Positions 9,816-19,908 of a stretch of 64,000 bases of DNA are shown here, in pieces (the stretch's first letter is position 1; each line of letters starts with the position of its first letter). A model generated the notes under the pieces. It saw only the letters and a list, made by a program, of their open reading frames with translations, was not told where the DNA came from and made no database searches. The DNA is taken from the IMG/VR virus record IMGVR_UViG_3300025867_000014, positions 13,639 to 77,638 of that record; one strand, 5' to 3'. A program made the position numbers and the translations under genes. This DNA comes from a virus. Taxonomy: Duplodnaviria > Caudoviricetes.

Positions 9816-12386
9816 ATGGACAAAAATACACTAAAAACTTACACTAAACAAGAAGTAGAAAAAGCAACTCTCGAGTATTTTAATGGCGACACATTAGCCA
9901 CCGATGTTTGGATAAAAAAATACTGTCTCAAAGACGAAACCCATTATTATGAATTAACGCCAGATGATATGCACAGAAGACTTGCAAAAGAACTGGCAAG
10001 AATCGAAAAAAAGTACCCTAACCCACTTTCAGAAGACGAAATTTACGAAACAATCAAAGATTTTAAACGAATTATTCCACAAGGATCCCCAATGTCGGGA
10101 ATAGGGAATGATTTTCAGATTGTTTCCTTATCGAATTGTTTTGTTATCGGTAATGAAAGGGATTCAGATTCATATGGTGGAATATTAAAACTTGACCAAG
10201 AGATTGTTCAACTACAAAAAAGACGCGGCGGAGTTGGCCTTGATTTATCATTCATACGACCCAATGGGAGCCCCGTTAAAAATAGTGCAATTACAAGTAC
10301 AGGTATCGTTCCTTTTATGGAAAGATATTCGAATACCACTAAAGAGGTTGCACAGGACGGAAGAAGGGGTGCGTTGATGCAAAGTATATCCATTCGTCAT
10401 CCCGAATCAGAACATTTTATTGATGCAAAGTTGGAAGAAGGAAAAGTTACTGGAGCAAATGTATCAATAAAACTACACGATGATTTTATGGAAGCCGCAA
10501 TGAGCGGAAACCAGTATATGCAAAAATTTCCAATTGATTCAACAACCCCCACATACACAAAAGAAGTGGATGCGTTGAAACTATGGAAAAAAATCATCCA
10601 TAATGCTTGGAAATCAGCAGAACCGGGTATTTTGTTTTGGGATACTATCATAAAAGAAAGTATTCCAGATTGTTATATAAAATATGGGTTTAAAACCGTT
10701 AGTACCAACCCTTGCGGGGAAATTCCTTTGTGCCCGAATGATAGTTGTAGATTACTTGCAATAAACATATTCAGTTATGTCGTTAATCCATTTACAAAGG
10801 ATGCTTATTTTGACTTCGAATTATTTAAAAGCGACGCTCAAAAGGCTCAAAGATATATGGACGATATTATTGATTTGGAAATCGAAAAAATTAATAATAT
10901 ATTAAAGAAAATCGAATCAGACCCAGAGGAAGAGTTGATTAAATTATATGAGATTAACTTATGGAACAAGATTAAAGAAAAAACCGAACAGGGTCGTAGA
11001 ACGGGCCTTGGTGTAACGGGTGAAGGTGATATGTTAGCGGCGTTGGGCTTGATATATGGTACGGATGAGGCAACGGACTTTAGTGAAGAAGTTCATAGAA
11101 CATTAAAACTAAATGCTTATCGTTCATCTGTAAATATGGCTAAAGAGCGTGGTGCGTTTCCAATTTACTCTGCCGAACTGGAAGATAAAAATCCATTTAT
11201 TCTTCGAATTAAAAAAGAAGACAAGGTATTGTATGAAGAAATGCAAGAGTTTGGCCGTAGGAACATTGCATTGTTGACGATAGCCCCAACAGGCTCGGTA
11301 TCTATTTTAACACAAACCACATCAGGTGTTGAACCAGCTTTTCTTCCCGTTTATATGAGAAGAAGAAAAATAAATCCCCAAGAAAAGGATGCAGTAATTG
11401 ATTTTGTTGATAATGAGGGGATTGCTTGGACTGAATATCCTATTTTTCATCATAATTTCCAACTTTGGTTAGAGGTCAATGGATATAATATTGATGAAAT
11501 CAAGAAAATGCACAAAGCCGAGCTGGATGAAATTGTTAAGTTATCGCCATATTACAAAGCCACATCGAATGATGTAGATTGGGTGAAAAAAGTCGAAATG
11601 CAGGGTCGTTTACAGAAACATGTTGACCATTCAATATCCGTAACGGTAAATTTACCGAAAGAAACCACCGAAGATATCGTATCAAAGGTATATGAAACAG
11701 GTTGGCGTAGCGGATGTAAAGGTATTACTGTATATCGTGACGGATCCCGTAGCGGCGTTCTTATTTCGGAGTCTGAAAAGAAAGATAAAGTGGGAAGTGA
11801 ATTATATGAAAATCACGCGCCAAAAAGACCAAAAAGATTAAAGGGTGAAATTCATAGATTCCAAAACAATTCAGAGAAATGGATTGCAGTCGTTGGATTA
11901 TTGAAGGGTCGTCCATATGAAATTTTCACAGGTAAACTCGAGAACGGATTAAGTAATTTACCATTATCGATAAAGGAGTGCGATGTTGTTCAAAATATGG
12001 TTGAAACCGAAGAATTAAATGATAAGGGTGAAAAGATAAAGAAGAAAAGGTACGATATTGAATATATTGATTCAGATGGGGAAAAACAAATTCATACCGG
12101 TTTAAATCACGCTTTTAATCCTGAATTTTGGAACTATGCTAAGTTGATATCTGGAATTTTAAGGCACGGGATGCCGATGATAAAGGTTTATGAACTAATA
12201 CACTCATTAAATTTCAAGGAAGATTACATCAACACTTGGAAAAATGGTGTAGAAAGAACCATTAAGAAGTATATCAAAGATGGGGAAAAAGCAAGGGGTA
12301 GATGTCTTGAATGTGGTAGTGAAGAACTCGAATTCAAAGAGGGGTGTCTTATATGTTCTGCTTGTGGCCTTTCAAAGTGTCAATAA
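9816..12386 (+). CDS. nrdJ: Class II (adenosylcobalamin-dependent) ribonucleotide reductase
   Basis: SLSNCFV, TNPCGEIPLCPNDSCRL, IAPTGSVS, GCKGITVYRDGSR, C-terminal zinc ribbon; single subunit with no nrdB nearby. Confidence 0.9.
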   Translation: MDKNTLKTYTKQEVEKATLEYFNGDTLATDVWIKKYCLKDETHYYELTPDDMHRRLAKELARIEKKYPNPLSEDEIYETIKDFKRIIPQGSPMSGIGNDFQIVSLSNCFVIGNERDSDSYGGILKLDQEIVQLQKRRGGVGLDLSFIRPNGSPVKNSAITSTGIVPFMERYSNTTKEVAQDGRRGALMQSISIRHPESEHFIDAKLEEGKVTGANVSIKLHDDFMEAAMSGNQYMQKFPIDSTTPTYTKEVDALKLWKKIIHNAWKSAEPGILFWDTIIKESIPDCYIKYGFKTVSTNPCGEIPLCPNDSCRLLAINIFSYVVNPFTKDAYFDFELFKSDAQKAQRYMDDIIDLEIEKINNILKKIESDPEEELIKLYEINLWNKIKEKTEQGRRTGLGVTGEGDMLAALGLIYGTDEATDFSEEVHRTLKLNAYRSSVNMAKERGAFPIYSAELEDKNPFILRIKKEDKVLYEEMQEFGRRNIALLTIAPTGSVSILTQTTSGVEPAFLPVYMRRRKINPQEKDAVIDFVDNEGIAWTEYPIFHHNFQLWLEVNGYNIDEIKKMHKAELDEIVKLSPYYKATSNDVDWVKKVEMQGRLQKHVDHSISVTVNLPKETTEDIVSKVYETGWRSGCKGITVYRDGSRSGVLISESEKKDKVGSELYENHAPKRPKRLKGEIHRFQNNSEKWIAVVGLLKGRPYEIFTGKLENGLSNLPLSIKECDVVQNMVETEELNDKGEKIKKKRYDIEYIDSDGEKQIHTGLNHAFNPEFWNYAKLISGILRHGMPMIKVYELIHSLNFKEDYINTWKNGVERTIKKYIKDGEKARGRCLECGSEELEFKEGCLICSACGLSKCQ

Positions 12387-12414
12387 ATATTTCCACAATT
12401 TTAACTTTTCAAAC

Positions 12415-12446
12415 ATCCTCTGATATTTATTATAATATCAGAGGAT
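12415..12446 (+). promoter_or_regulatory. Perfect 13-bp hairpin enclosing TATTTAT and masking GAGGA before the endonuclease ATG
   Basis: ATCCTCTGATATT (12415-12427) / AATATCAGAGGAT (12434-12446); ATG at 12452. Confidence 0.8.
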
Positions 12447-12451
12447 TTTTT

Positions 12452-13468
12452 ATGATTAAATGTGAAATATGTGAACTTGAGTTTAAAAATAATCTCGGTG
12501 GAGATTTAACCAAGCATTTAAAATTGATACATCAGTTATCAATGGAAGATTATTATGTGAAAACAGTATTAAATAATATCGAGCCCAAATGTAAATGTGG
12601 ATTATGCGATGAAAGGCCGTATTTTAATAGAGGAAAGTTTAGTAAATATGCGTTAGGTCACGAAAAATTTGAATGGCAAGAAATGATGTACATAGAATTA
12701 TATGGTCATCCTAAATGCCAAAATCCTGAATGTGATGAAATCGTAAAATTTCACAGAGGAAAGCCAAATAAATATTGTTCATTTAAATGTCATCCGAATA
12801 ATTGGAATCAGAATAAAGTAAAGAATACTGTTAATAAAAAATATAATGTAGATAATGTTTTTCAGTTACCCAATATAAAACAAAAATTGAAATTGTCTTT
12901 AATAAAAAAATATGGTGTCGAACACCCACTACAATCTAATATACTATTAAATAAAATGACTAGTAACAACATTATTAAATACGGTGTGGAATATCCCCAG
13001 ATGTTACCAAATATAAGAGAAAAACAAAAAGCAACATTAATAAAGAGATACGGCGTCAATCATTACTCAAAAACCAAAGAATTTAGGGAACTTTCATCAA
13101 AAAATATGTGTAAATATAATCAAAATATTTTAACTAACCATACGATTAAACGATATAAAGATACAAAATTATATTATCAATCAAAATATGAATTAAAATT
13201 TTTAGAGTTTTGTGAAAAAAAGAATATATTAATGTATATCAGTAATTCACCAACATTTAAGTATATCAACAAAAATTATGGAAAATGGCATCTACCCGAT
13301 TTTAAATTTAAAGATAAGTTTATTATCGAAATTAAGTCAACATATTGGATGAATAAACAGGGTGGGATTGATGTTATAAACGCTAAAAAAGAATCTGTTG
13401 AAATAAAAGGATACAACTATATTTTTCTTCTTGATGAAGACTTTGATGATTTCATAAAAATTATTTAA
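12452..13468 (+). mobile_element. Putative free-standing homing endonuclease (zinc fingers, KYGV repeats, PD-(D/E)XK domain)
   Basis: CEIC..HLKLIH, CKCGLC, CQNPEC..YCSFKC; repeats KYNVDNVFQ/KYGVEHPLQ/KYGVEYPQM/RYGVNHYSK; LPDF...IIEIKS. Start moved from 12344 to ATG 12452. Confidence 0.6.
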
Positions 13469-13481
13469 TATATTTATTAGT

Positions 13482-13931
13482 ATGGCAACTTATGGTATTG
13501 AATTTCCATTTCGTGATAGTGCGATTGGTAATTATTTAAAAATGACATCTACCCCTGAACGAGAAGTTAGGGCAAATTTAATTCATTTACTGTTAACTAG
13601 AAAAGGTAGTAGATATTATTTACCCGATTTCGGAACACGATTATATGAATATATTTTTGAAATGAATGATAATGTTTCATATGGACATATTGAAGAAGAA
13701 ATAAGGGACGCAGTTAAGAAATATATCCCGAATTTGGACATCAATAGTATTGAAATTGTATCAGCAGAGAATGATCCTGATAGGGTTAGGACAATTAGTG
13801 ATGATGAAGACGAAAGATTGTTTAGATATACATCAGAGCCAGCAAGACCATACACCGCAGTCGTTAAAATTGACTACACAGTAAATAACGGAGCGTTTTC
13901 AACATCCGACTTTATAATTATTAACATATAA
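13482..13931 (+). CDS. Baseplate wedge protein, gp25/GpW-like
   Basis: NLIHLLLTRKGSRYYLPDFGTRLYEYIFE...I..A...YIPNL.I..I is the classic gp25 pattern. Confidence 0.85.
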   Translation: MATYGIEFPFRDSAIGNYLKMTSTPEREVRANLIHLLLTRKGSRYYLPDFGTRLYEYIFEMNDNVSYGHIEEEIRDAVKKYIPNLDINSIEIVSAENDPDRVRTISDDEDERLFRYTSEPARPYTAVVKIDYTVNNGAFSTSDFIIINI

Positions 13932-13932
13932 T

Positions 13933-15765
13933 ATGGGAAAATCAGTTTCATACGCAGTAAGAGACTTTGCAAGTTTAAGGGACGAATTGGTCAATATGAC
14001 CAAACAATATTACCCTGATTTAATTTCAAATTTCAATGATGCTTCAATCTATTCAGTATTGTTGGATATGAACGCGGCAATTTCGGACAATTTACATTTT
14101 CATATCGACAGGGTATGGCAGGAAACGATGTTGGATTTTGCGCAACAAAGACAATCGTTATTTCATATAGCAAAAACATATGGATTACGAATTCCGGGGT
14201 TAAGACCATCAATTGCATTGTGTGATTTTAGTATTAATGTACCAGTAAGAGGGGATAAAGACGATGAAAGATATGAAGGATTATTAAGGTCGGGAGCGCA
14301 GGTATCTGGTGGCGGTCAAATTTTTGAAACTATTGATGATATTGATTTTTCTAGTCCATTTAATAAAAAAGGTGAACCAAATAGATTAAAAATTCCAAAT
14401 TTTGATAATAACAATAAATTAATTTCTTACACGATTACAAAGAGAGAAGCGGTTGTTAATGGTGTTACTAAAATATACAGAAGAGTTATTACCGAATTAG
14501 ACCAGAAACCATTTTTGAAACTTTATTTACCTGAAAAAAATATTTTAGGGGTAACAGCGATAATACATAAAGACGGAACAAATTATGGTTCAAATCCAAC
14601 CTATGCTGAGTTTTTAGACCCAACGAATAAGTGGTATGAAGTAAAATCGTTAATTGAGGATAAGGTTTTTGTTGACGACCCGACAGCAATTTCTGATGAT
14701 GATAATTTCATCGCGGGGAATTACCTACCAGTAACGAATAAATTTATCACCGAATATTCACCTGAAGGGTATTTTTCGGTTACATTTGGCTCGGGTAATG
14801 TTGACCCAATGGATAATTTGGACAATTATATGACAGGAACAATGAAAGTTAATCTTGCAACATTCCTGAATAATATGTCATTAGGTAATGTGCCTAAAGC
14901 AAACACAACATTATTCATCAAATATAGGATTGGTGGTGGTAAAGATTCTAATACGGGGGTAAATGTAATTACATCTGTGGATTCAATTGATTTTGCAATA
15001 AATGGCCCGAACACGGCAGTTAATGATAAAGTATATCAATCATTAACAGTTACAAATATTACACCCGCAATCGGTGGAGCAAATGCCCCATCCATTGAAG
15101 AAATCAGGAATATGATTACTTACAATTTTGCAGCACAAAACAGAGCGGTAACTTTGAATGATTATAAATCACTTATCGAAAATATGCCATCGACATACGG
15201 AGCACCTGCAAAGGTTAATGTAATGGAAGAAGATAACAAAGTTAGAATTAAACTTGTGTCATATGACGCAGAGGGGAATCTAACAGATTTGGTATCTAAT
15301 ACATTAAAGTCCAATATATTAAACTATCTTGCAAAATACAGGATGTTGAATGACTATATTGACATTGTAGCGGGGGAAGTTGTGGACTTGGCGGTTGAAG
15401 TTGATGTAATTATCAATAAGAATGAAAGTCAAACTGATATTGCGAAGCAAGCAATTACAACAATTACCGACTTTTTTGACATTTCAAAAAGAAAAATGGG
15501 GGATCCATTATTTGTTGGTGACTTAAAAAGAGAAATTGGTAATGTTGCTGGCGTTGTTAATGTCGTAGATGTTCGTCTTTTCAACTTAATAGGTGGAAAA
15601 TATTCGTCAGCAGAAGTTGCTCAACCATATGTCGATGATACAACAAAAGAGATATCACAAACTGATATGACTATCTATATGAAGTCAAATCAAATATTCC
15701 AAGTAAGGTATCCATCGTCAGATATTAGAATTAGAGTTAAAACACTCGCATCCACTACATATTAA
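13933..15765 (+). CDS. Baseplate wedge protein, gp6/baseplate J-like
   Basis: RDFASLRDELVN, AQQRQSLFHIAKTYG, FGSGN, YRIGGG..SN, AQNRAVTLNDY; follows gp25. Confidence 0.85.
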   Translation: MGKSVSYAVRDFASLRDELVNMTKQYYPDLISNFNDASIYSVLLDMNAAISDNLHFHIDRVWQETMLDFAQQRQSLFHIAKTYGLRIPGLRPSIALCDFSINVPVRGDKDDERYEGLLRSGAQVSGGGQIFETIDDIDFSSPFNKKGEPNRLKIPNFDNNNKLISYTITKREAVVNGVTKIYRRVITELDQKPFLKLYLPEKNILGVTAIIHKDGTNYGSNPTYAEFLDPTNKWYEVKSLIEDKVFVDDPTAISDDDNFIAGNYLPVTNKFITEYSPEGYFSVTFGSGNVDPMDNLDNYMTGTMKVNLATFLNNMSLGNVPKANTTLFIKYRIGGGKDSNTGVNVITSVDSIDFAINGPNTAVNDKVYQSLTVTNITPAIGGANAPSIEEIRNMITYNFAAQNRAVTLNDYKSLIENMPSTYGAPAKVNVMEEDNKVRIKLVSYDAEGNLTDLVSNTLKSNILNYLAKYRMLNDYIDIVAGEVVDLAVEVDVIINKNESQTDIAKQAITTITDFFDISKRKMGDPLFVGDLKREIGNVAGVVNVVDVRLFNLIGGKYSSAEVAQPYVDDTTKEISQTDMTIYMKSNQIFQVRYPSSDIRIRVKTLASTTY

Positions 15766-15819
15766 TTTGTTTTTTCTTTATCTTATACAAAAAAATAGAT
15801 TGGTTTCTATTTATTGTAG

Positions 15820-18800
15820 ATGGAACAAAAACAAAGAATCAGAACAGAAATTGGTAAAGACCACAAAATAAATGTTCAACTCAAACAAGAGTTTGGATTA
15901 TTAGAAATTTTATCATTAAAATTATCGCAACAAGATATATACACATCATTATGTGCTGATTATGGCGTTGTATGTGGAAGAGTTACCGTCAATAATGGAT
16001 ATGGTGTACCAAACGCCAGAGTGTCCATTTTTATTCCTCAATTAACAGAACACGAAGAAGACCCGGTTATTTCTGCGTTATATCCGTATAAATCATATGG
16101 GGATAAAACAGAAGAAGGGTTTAGATATAATCTATTACCCGCTCGAAGACAACATAGCGGGCACGCAGCAACTGGAACATTTCCAGACCAAAATGATATA
16201 CTATCAAGGGAAGATATACTTGAAGTGTATGAAAATTACTACAAATACACTGTAAAAACAAACGATGCTGGCGACTTTATGATTTGGGGTGTTCCATTAG
16301 GTGAACAACTAATTCATGTTGACTTAGATGTATCAGATATGGGTTGTTTTTCATTAAGGCCAGACGATTTCATAAGAAAGGGGTTTGGAATTGATGATTT
16401 TAAATCCGCATATGAGTTTAAAACAAGTGAAGACCTTGATTCATTACCACAAATTATAACATTTGATAAAGGAATAGAAGTTTATCCATTCTGGGGTAGT
16501 GAAGATTTGTGTGAAATCGGAATTACAAGGGTGGATTTTGACTTATCTGAAAGAGGATTAAAAGTTGAGCCAAGCGCAATGGTAATTGGTGGAACATTTA
16601 CCGATGACGGAAAGAATTCAATAAATAAAAACTGTAAACCACGAAAGAATATGAGTAAAAAATGTTCTTTTGTGACAAATGCGGGAAATATTGATGCAAT
16701 TCGATTTAGTGATAACTATGATATACATAATCTACCAGTATTGGAAGAATATACGGTTACGGATGAAATTAATGACGATGGTTCATTCGCAATCAGGCTT
16801 CCAATGAATAGGGATTTTTTATACACCACAGAATTTGGTGAAAATGACTATACGAATGACCCAAATAAAGGTATTCCAACATCTTCGTGCTATCGATTAC
16901 GATTTACCTTAACCGATGAAGGACTTGAAAGAGTAAGGGCAAGGGCGTCGTATCTCGTTCCAAACATACGAGAATTTGAGGGGGATGAAGATAGATCATA
17001 TGCGTGGTCATTACAATTTTCTGGTTATCCACAAGATGCTCAAGGAATGATATTAAATAATGTGGATGGTGATTACTACCCGCAAGACTATTTTTATAGA
17101 TTTCAATATGGTAAAGTTTATACCGTATCGTCATTTCAAAGTATGTTATTTGATTCCCCAAAAAGAATGTTGGGAATAAATGATATTGTACCATCAGAAG
17201 ATAAGGATTGTAGTAGTAGTGTGGTAACATTTCCAACAAATATGGGAATTAAGAACACATCATTTAATTTTCAATTATTATTGTCATTGGTATTAGCATT
17301 TTTGCAATTTGTGTTCTCATCAATATCATTAATTGCATACGAATTTATAGGTTCAATTTTAAAAACAATTAGCAATGTTATTAATATCGATATTTTTGGA
17401 TGGAAACCATTCGAAACATTATCTGAACAAATATTAGATGCAGCGTTTAATGTTCAAGCAGCGGGACAAATAGAATTACCATTAACAATATATGATACTT
17501 GTGATTTATGTTCAAATGATGATGAAACAGTTACACAAGGATTTGACCCAAATGCGTTTTGTAAAATTGCTGAACTTGGAATTGATGTCGTTGGCGTAAC
17601 AGGCGCAACGGGATACACATACTTTATATTACCAACAAATGTGGGGGCAACGGGTATTAATGAATCAACAGACCCCGGAACATCAATATATAATCCATCG
17701 GGTGGCGCAAGGGATTGTGATGGAAATTCAGAGTGTTGTGGATCATATAAAATATCAACAAGCGGATATTTGGCAATGAATTCATTATCAACACCTAATT
17801 CTTATGGTACAATTTATCCAAGATTTTATATCTATATGGGTGGTCATACAGGTGCTCCAATTGGTTCAACCGACTTTTATATTACAGGCACCACTGTTGA
17901 TTTCTCACGATACCCAATAGGAACTTATACGGTTAATGCAACGCCAATTACAGGATTTTGTTTTACAGATACACAAGTAAAATCATTATTTGGTATTGAA
18001 AGCGGCTCAACATATTTTCAAAATAATCAAATAACAAGTGGATATTATGGTTATATAATTGATAGAGAATTTCCAAAAATTCCTGTTGGTTCGTATACCG
18101 GTATAACCGTTGAAGAAGGTTGTGAAATGTATGATACCGTATATAATGAAAAACATATCAAGCAGTCATATTTGTGGATAAGCGGTACAACGAAGTATGA
18201 AAATCCAGAATTACCAGATATTTCACAACGATTGAATAATAGTATTACACCCGGAATCGAAGAATCGACAACAAAGCCGACATTCGGAAGTGAGTGGTCA
18301 ATAGGTGCAACTGTTTTCTATAAACCCGGACAAGGAAGATTACCCCGTTATTACGAATTTAGTAATATATCTGACCAAAGATATAATAGAAAAACAAAAA
18401 CCGGATATTCCGAATTTAGGGACGGTGTATTTTTAATAGTTCCATCAATTGATGGTCACTGTAGACAAAACGCATTTGCATTAAGGGAATGGTATAGAAG
18501 AAAAGTTATTGGATTGAATTTTTGTGGTGGTGTTGTTAATTTTGCATTTATAGATAATTGGTTATCTGGAGCATTATATTTCTTCCAATTTAAGGCGAAA
18601 ATTAAAGATAAAAAAGATGGCCAGAAAGTAAAAGCTTGTCAAACTGTTGTTAGATATTCAGCAGAAGACGAAAGGTTTTATTACAGGTCTTGCCCATACC
18701 GTTATGATTTGAATCCAAATGCTGAGGTTTGGGGTACGGATAACGAAAAAGGTAATTTAAAATACATTGCGCATCCAACAACATTTGTTGATTTAGGGCC

Positions 18801-19908
18801 AAGGGATGAATTTATTAAAGAAATATGTTTTGATCCATCGTTAGATCCAAATTGTTCCGTTTCTCGCTCAATCGGGCCAACATCATTTAAAACATTTGGC
18901 GAGTTAGTGGCATTTGCTGTTAACTATAAAATGGATGTTAAAGATTCGGATATGCAAATTAGGGATTTCTTCAAAAATGATGGATTTTATGCACAGTCAA
19001 GTAATGGCTTTAGAGGAAAAATATTTAATGGCGATATTTCACAATTAATTTCAGTAAATAGTGAAGTGGGAATAGATGGATTTGATTTACAAAATCAAAA
19101 ATATGCTGGATATAGTATATCAACATTAGATCCGGAAGCGCCAGGAGATATTGATGTGTTTCAAAATTTTACAGGAACATATGGGCCAACACCCATAACA
19201 TTAAAATATGAAGATGATGGTGTGCGAATAAGACAATGTTTAAATGCTCCGGGATTTCTTACCGAATGTTCACAAAAAGTGCCATTTTATCTATGGGATA
19301 AAAAAGGTACAGGATTTGGCCCTCACGATATAACTCAATTAGATGACCAATGTTGGGATTATAGTCGTATACATACATCATTTTTACAGGGTATGACATA
19401 TAACTATAAATGGAATCAATTTATACCAAACGGATTAACTGATCCTGATGACCCATACTTATTACCACCAATGAGTTATGATTTTCCAGGTTATTTAGTA
19501 ACAGGAATAACAGCAAGCGCCCCCGGAGCAGAAGAATTTGATGTTGTTGTTTTAACTTCAGATCCAAATTATAGTTCAGATGCTAACACAAAACAAGTTT
19601 ATCAAAGTATGAATCACGGATTTACACTTTTGATTGCGACGGGTGGTACTATAATGGATCCAACAGGTGGTAGATTATATATTAGATTGGGTGAGGGTGG
19701 AGATTGGTCAAATGCATTTAATGTGACATCAGATTGGACGCCAGATCGATCATATAGTATAATGGCAAGTCGTGATCCGTATATTGATAATAAACAAATT
19801 CTATCAACGCCATTTATGTTTTATTTTGGGTTAAGGCCAGGTAAAACAGGTTTGGATTTATTAATACAACGATTTGGCCCTAAAGGGGCATTTAAACCTA
19901 TTGAATAA
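15820..19908 (+). CDS. Large baseplate/tail structural protein (1362 aa)
   Basis: Located in the baseplate cluster; N-terminal beta-sandwich (YGVVCGRVTVNNGYGVPNARVSIFIP); central hydrophobic stretch; Cys-rich segments. Confidence 0.65.
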   Translation: MEQKQRIRTEIGKDHKINVQLKQEFGLLEILSLKLSQQDIYTSLCADYGVVCGRVTVNNGYGVPNARVSIFIPQLTEHEEDPVISALYPYKSYGDKTEEGFRYNLLPARRQHSGHAATGTFPDQNDILSREDILEVYENYYKYTVKTNDAGDFMIWGVPLGEQLIHVDLDVSDMGCFSLRPDDFIRKGFGIDDFKSAYEFKTSEDLDSLPQIITFDKGIEVYPFWGSEDLCEIGITRVDFDLSERGLKVEPSAMVIGGTFTDDGKNSINKNCKPRKNMSKKCSFVTNAGNIDAIRFSDNYDIHNLPVLEEYTVTDEINDDGSFAIRLPMNRDFLYTTEFGENDYTNDPNKGIPTSSCYRLRFTLTDEGLERVRARASYLVPNIREFEGDEDRSYAWSLQFSGYPQDAQGMILNNVDGDYYPQDYFYRFQYGKVYTVSSFQSMLFDSPKRMLGINDIVPSEDKDCSSSVVTFPTNMGIKNTSFNFQLLLSLVLAFLQFVFSSISLIAYEFIGSILKTISNVINIDIFGWKPFETLSEQILDAAFNVQAAGQIELPLTIYDTCDLCSNDDETVTQGFDPNAFCKIAELGIDVVGVTGATGYTYFILPTNVGATGINESTDPGTSIYNPSGGARDCDGNSECCGSYKISTSGYLAMNSLSTPNSYGTIYPRFYIYMGGHTGAPIGSTDFYITGTTVDFSRYPIGTYTVNATPITGFCFTDTQVKSLFGIESGSTYFQNNQITSGYYGYIIDREFPKIPVGSYTGITVEEGCEMYDTVYNEKHIKQSYLWISGTTKYENPELPDISQRLNNSITPGIEESTTKPTFGSEWSIGATVFYKPGQGRLPRYYEFSNISDQRYNRKTKTGYSEFRDGVFLIVPSIDGHCRQNAFALREWYRRKVIGLNFCGGVVNFAFIDNWLSGALYFFQFKAKIKDKKDGQKVKACQTVVRYSAEDERFYYRSCPYRYDLNPNAEVWGTDNEKGNLKYIAHPTTFVDLGPRDEFIKEICFDPSLDPNCSVSRSIGPTSFKTFGELVAFAVNYKMDVKDSDMQIRDFFKNDGFYAQSSNGFRGKIFNGDISQLISVNSEVGIDGFDLQNQKYAGYSISTLDPEAPGDIDVFQNFTGTYGPTPITLKYEDDGVRIRQCLNAPGFLTECSQKVPFYLWDKKGTGFGPHDITQLDDQCWDYSRIHTSFLQGMTYNYKWNQFIPNGLTDPDDPYLLPPMSYDFPGYLVTGITASAPGAEEFDVVVLTSDPNYSSDANTKQVYQSMNHGFTLLIATGGTIMDPTGGRLYIRLGEGGDWSNAFNVTSDWTPDRSYSIMASRDPYIDNKQILSTPFMFYFGLRPGKTGLDLLIQRFGPKGAFKPIE

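Noticed and set aside
8125-12386. Inteins or introns in DnaB and NrdJ
   Set aside because: Lengths and motif spacing are normal; no C...HN intein ends or frame interruptions seen.
12344-12451. ORF-track start of the endonuclease at 12344, overlapping nrdJ
   Set aside because: The upstream extension reads through the nrdJ end and the hairpin; ATG 12452 has the SD-like site and starts at the zinc finger.
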